This document shows positions 60,301-64,000 of a stretch of 64,000 nt of DNA, piece by piece. Origin of the DNA: Psilocybe cubensis. Lineage: Eukaryota. Each line of letters begins with the position of its first letter. Positions within the stretch are counted from its first letter, which is position 1. Where the stretch lies: assembly GCA_017499595.2 (NCBI GenBank), contig CM039007.1, positions 2,170,001 to 2,234,000 of the forward strand, given 5' to 3'. The notes below the pieces were generated by a model. That model saw only the letters and a program-made list of their open reading frames with translations. It made no database searches and was not told the DNA's origin. The translations under genes were made by a program, and so were the position numbers.

Positions 60301-63300
60301 TTAAAGTTTGAGACCCATTTTATCTCTACAAAAGTCCACTTTAGGAGGTGAGAGGGGTTTGGTAAGAATATCAGCAGCTTGCTGATCAGTAGGAATATAA
60401 GAAGGAGAAATCTTTCCAACACCAACAGCATACCTAAGCCAATAATAGCGCAAATCAAGGTGCTTCATCCGTCCATGGTGCTCTGGATTCTTGGAAACAC
60501 TGATAGATGACTGGTTGTCCATATGCAGCACAGAGGGCTCAGTGACTGTGTAGCCAAACTCCTCAAGGATATTGCGCATCCACACAATTTCCTTGGCTGC
60601 CTCCACCGCAGCAATGTACTCTGCCTCAGTAGTAGACAGAGTTACAACAGTTTGGAGTTTGCTTGCCCAGCCAATAGCACCTCCAGCTAGAACGGTCAAA
60701 TAACCACTCGTAGAGCGTCCAGTATCTACACAATCACCATGTGCAGCATCAGTGTAGGTAACAAAGTTATCATGGCCCACAGCGCCAGAATAAGTCAACT
60801 TGTAATCCAGAGTGCCTCTGAGATAGCGGAATAAATGTTTAACCGCAGCCCAATGCTTAGGCCCAGGATTGGAGTTGAAGCGTGCCAGATAAGACACAGT
60901 AAAAGCAATGTCAGGACGGGTCATGGTGGCTAGATACTGCAAGGAGCCAACTGCATTGAGGTAGGGAACATTTCGCATAAATTCCACCTCATCTCCATTC
61001 TGAGGTCCATCTGCCTTGGACAGAACAGTGCCCACAGCCATAGGTGTTTTGACCGGATTAGAATCAGTCATGCCATATGTATCAAGCATATCGAGGATAT
61101 TCTGACACTGATGCAAGGAAATGGTTTTAGCAGCCATATCTCGCTCAATGGCAACACCAAGTAAATACTGTGTAGGACCCAGATCACGGAGTTCAAAACG
61201 CGCAGCTAGCTGCTTAACAGCTCTATCTATGGCAGCGTCCGATTTGGAGGCAAAGGTAATGTCATCAATGTAAATGGGAACAATAATCTTCACATCTCCA
61301 TCTGAATAGATGTAGACAGAGCGATCTGATTCTATACGCTTGAACCCCATATCTGACAATGCCTCATGCAACTTGAGGTTCCATTGACGTGCAGACTGCT
61401 TAAGACCATAGAGCGACTTTTTGAGTTTCAAAACCATGTTAGGACCACCTTGGTGAAATCCTTCAGGTTGTAACATGTAAATCTCCTCGTCAAGGTCACC
61501 TTTAGTGAAAGCAGCTGTAATATCAACAGAGCGCAACTTCAAGTCTCCAATGGCGGCCAGAGCCACAATCAAGCGGAAAGTAGCAGGGCGGAAAGTAGGA
61601 GCAAAGACCTCATGGTAATCAATGCCAGGGCGCTGACTGTAGCCCTTGGCAACAATACGAGCCTTGTAGCGCTCTATACTGCCATCTGCATTTCGCTTGA
61701 TTTTAAAGACCCAACCACAGCCAATTGCCTTTTGACCCGGAGGGAGCTCAACTCGCTCCCAAGTTTTATTGTGCTGCAACAGATTGAATTCTGTATTAGC
61801 AGCCTCTTCCCACATGTGCGCATCAGGCGCTTTCATTGCCTGTTTGAATGTGCGCGGATCTGCGCTTGAAACAAGCCCAGCAAACTTCACCTCTTCAAAT
61901 CCAGGATCATTGGCTTCAGGTGGTTCAGGATCATGTGAGACCTTCCACCATTCACCAGGCTGCTTAGGAACGCAAGTAGTGCGTCTCAACGTTGCAGGAT
62001 CAACTGGAGCACGCTGGCGGCGTGCAGGCTTAGGAGGAGGTGCAGGAACGGCCTCAGGCTGTGGCGGTTCAGCTGGCTGTTCAGGAGGCGCAATAGGCAC
62101 TTCTGGCTCAATGACAGGACTTGGAGTAGAGTCATCCTCATCATCATCAAAATTGAAGCCATTAGAGTCCCCCCCTGAATTGGGAGGTGGTGCACTTGCA
62201 GAAGAAGTGGGAAGAAGGTCAAACTTTGGCATAGGGCCAGTGGACACCCCAGGGAAGCACCTTTCGTCGAAATCAGCTCTCTCAGAGATAATGAACCTTT
62301 TGGTGACTGGGTTGTAAAACTCCCAGCCCTTGTACCCAGTAGGATACCCAACAAAGATACACTTCTCCATATGAGGCTGCAACGATTTGCGCTTATCTCC
62401 CTGAACATAAACATATGCAAGACAACCCCAAACCCTCAAATGACTAACATCAGGTTTGCGCTTGTTCCAGCTTTCATACGGAGTCTTGTCCGGTAGAGGA
62501 GCTGTAGGAACACGATTCCATACATGCATGTATGCTGCAACACAGCGACCCCAAAACGAAGGTGGTACACGAGCCTCATTGAGCATGGAAGTAACATGTT
62601 CTGCCATGGTGCGATTTGCACGCTCTGCAACTCCGTTCTGTTGTGGGCGATTTCGCGTTGTATGACGACGCTCAATGCCACACTGGTCAGTGAATTTGAT
62701 GAAAGCATTTGACATGTATTCACCAGCTTTGTCATCCTGCAGCGCTTTGATCTTAAAGCCTAATTTGTTCTCAGCCCATGCTTTGTACGTTTGAAACGCA
62801 CTGAATGCATCGCTTTTGCGCTTAAGAAGCACAGCAGCTCTACTCTTTGTATGGTCATCAATAAAGGTTATCCAGTAGCGATAGCCTTCAGGAGTAGGGG
62901 GCGAGATAGGACCTTTCAGATCTGAGAAGATAAGCGCAAGCGGAACATCTGACATGCTTGGTGAAGAAGGAAATGGGTTGGAATGCATCTTGCCTGCAAG
63001 GCAAGGTTCACAAATGGGGTCAGGCTGTTGCTGTGAATTCAGCTTGAGTCCGGTGACCATACCCTCTCTAATCATCTTCTGGATATCAGTGTAGCTATGA
63101 TGAGCAAAGCGACGATGCCAGAGACTGATATCAAGGGGTAGAGTGGAATTGGAGGAAATGAAGGCAGATTCCGAAATAGGAACTGTATAACCGTTCAATA
63201 AAGCGCAGTTTGATGTACTAACATCTGCAGAGAAGAGACAAGCTCCTTTGCGATGAAACTCCATCAGATTAGCATCAATGGTGATTTTGAAGCCTTTGTG

Positions 63301-63999
63301 CTTTGTGAGATATAGAACAGACAGTAGATTGTTTCGGAGATCTGGTACATGTAAAACTCTAGTTAACTCGACGCCTCTTGACTTTATTCCATTTACAACT
63401 GGTTCAAAGAACACAGTGCCCACCCCTGCAGAATAAATAACTCGTTCATCTACTAATCGGATTGGAATGCGAAGGGGGGTGTAATTTCTAACCCAATTGC
63501 GATGGGGCGTCATATGAGAAGTCGCCCCTGTGTCTGCAATCCAATCGTCATTAGTTTGGGGTGAAATGGAAGAGGGAACATCGGTATTAAGAGCACTTGC
63601 ATTTCCAGCAAATTCCACGTCCTTGGACTCTTTTTCCTCACTGGATGCCTCTGAGGCCTTGTGCGCTCTATTGCCTTTGCGAGCCGCTTTGACACGCTCC
63701 TTCGCATCCTTTTGCGCAGCAATGAACTTGTGACACTTGTCCATTGCATGGTTGGTCATGTCACAAAATGCGCACTTGGGCTTGGATGCAGAAGGGGCTG
63801 GAGCGGTCTGGAACGCGGTGGCGAGTGCAGGCAACTCCGAAGCGCGGCGACGTCGCTGTATGTCCTCTGTGAAAAAGGCTTGATGAATTGTAGCCTTGTC
63901 CAACTTGTCCAAAAGGAGAAGTGAGGATGCAAATGAACTGTACTCTTCTGGGAGTGCCCTGACCAGAGCAAGCGAAGCAAGCTCTTCATCAAGCTTAGC
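60301..63999 (-). CDS. Copia Gag-Pol polyprotein (5' partial, >1230 aa)
   Basis: Zinc knuckle CAFCDMTNHAMDKC, protease WIADTGATSHM, integrase HHCC (WHRRFAH..CEPC) and DDE core (QQNGVAERANRT), RT YIDDI, RNase H (YTDA..EAEY..DN..ADILTK). The frame stays open to the window edge. Confidence 0.97.
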   Translation of the reverse strand, partial: AKLDEELASLALVRALPEEYSSFASSLLLLDKLDKATIHQAFFTEDIQRRRRASELPALATAFQTAPAPSASKPKCAFCDMTNHAMDKCHKFIAAQKDAKERVKAARKGNRAHKASEASSEEKESKDVEFAGNASALNTDVPSSISPQTNDDWIADTGATSHMTPHRNWVRNYTPLRIPIRLVDERVIYSAGVGTVFFEPVVNGIKSRGVELTRVLHVPDLRNNLLSVLYLTKHKGFKITIDANLMEFHRKGACLFSADVSTSNCALLNGYTVPISESAFISSNSTLPLDISLWHRRFAHHSYTDIQKMIREGMVTGLKLNSQQQPDPICEPCLAGKMHSNPFPSSPSMSDVPLALIFSDLKGPISPPTPEGYRYWITFIDDHTKSRAAVLLKRKSDAFSAFQTYKAWAENKLGFKIKALQDDKAGEYMSNAFIKFTDQCGIERRHTTRNRPQQNGVAERANRTMAEHVTSMLNEARVPPSFWGRCVAAYMHVWNRVPTAPLPDKTPYESWNKRKPDVSHLRVWGCLAYVYVQGDKRKSLQPHMEKCIFVGYPTGYKGWEFYNPVTKRFIISERADFDERCFPGVSTGPMPKFDLLPTSSASAPPPNSGGDSNGFNFDDDEDDSTPSPVIEPEVPIAPPEQPAEPPQPEAVPAPPPKPARRQRAPVDPATLRRTTCVPKQPGEWWKVSHDPEPPEANDPGFEEVKFAGLVSSADPRTFKQAMKAPDAHMWEEAANTEFNLLQHNKTWERVELPPGQKAIGCGWVFKIKRNADGSIERYKARIVAKGYSQRPGIDYHEVFAPTFRPATFRLIVALAAIGDLKLRSVDITAAFTKGDLDEEIYMLQPEGFHQGGPNMVLKLKKSLYGLKQSARQWNLKLHEALSDMGFKRIESDRSVYIYSDGDVKIIVPIYIDDITFASKSDAAIDRAVKQLAARFELRDLGPTQYLLGVAIERDMAAKTISLHQCQNILDMLDTYGMTDSNPVKTPMAVGTVLSKADGPQNGDEVEFMRNVPYLNAVGSLQYLATMTRPDIAFTVSYLARFNSNPGPKHWAAVKHLFRYLRGTLDYKLTYSGAVGHDNFVTYTDAAHGDCVDTGRSTSGYLTVLAGGAIGWASKLQTVVTLSTTEAEYIAAVEAAKEIVWMRNILEEFGYTVTEPSVLHMDNQSSISVSKNPEHHGRMKHLDLRYYWLRYAVGVGKISPSYIPTDQQAADILTKPLSPPKVDFCRDKMGLKL

Positions 64000-64000
64000 C

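Larger units (their letters stand above)
59860..64000 (-). mobile_element. Ty1/Copia LTR retrotransposon 2, apparently intact, 5' end beyond the right edge
   Basis: Uninterrupted gag-pol frame plus PPT and 3' LTR. Confidence 0.95.

Overview
Intron-rich fungal genomic DNA. Gene content, ~50-nt introns with CTAAC/CTGAC branch points and the TE families suggest an agaricomycete (mushroom-forming basidiomycete); this is inference. The window has two halves. Positions 1-41.2 kb are gene-dense: a TSC2/tuberin-like gene running off the left edge, a secreted Cys/Pro-rich protein, an NCS1 nucleobase permease, FIG4, RFT1, a tandem pair of DUF6535-type membrane proteins, a MITE nested in an inverted copy of itself, a SAP-domain membrane protein, a CFEM-like secreted protein, a DEF1-like CUE protein, HRI1, a GH3 beta-N-acetylglucosaminidase and a VHS/GAT adaptor. 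Positions 41.5-64 kb are a CpG-poor transposon nest. It holds a 52-bp inverted-repeat element, a full-length decayed Copia (LTRs, TSD, PBS, PPT), a decayed Plavaka-type transposase head-to-head with a DUF6698-type gene, a truncated Tad1-like LINE, and an intact Copia inserted in reverse into an older relative. The most unusual structures are the two self-nested inverted insertions and the putative multi-gene Plavaka element. I found no clearly new biochemical system. All family names come from motif recognition by eye, not database searches, and exon boundaries are approximate.
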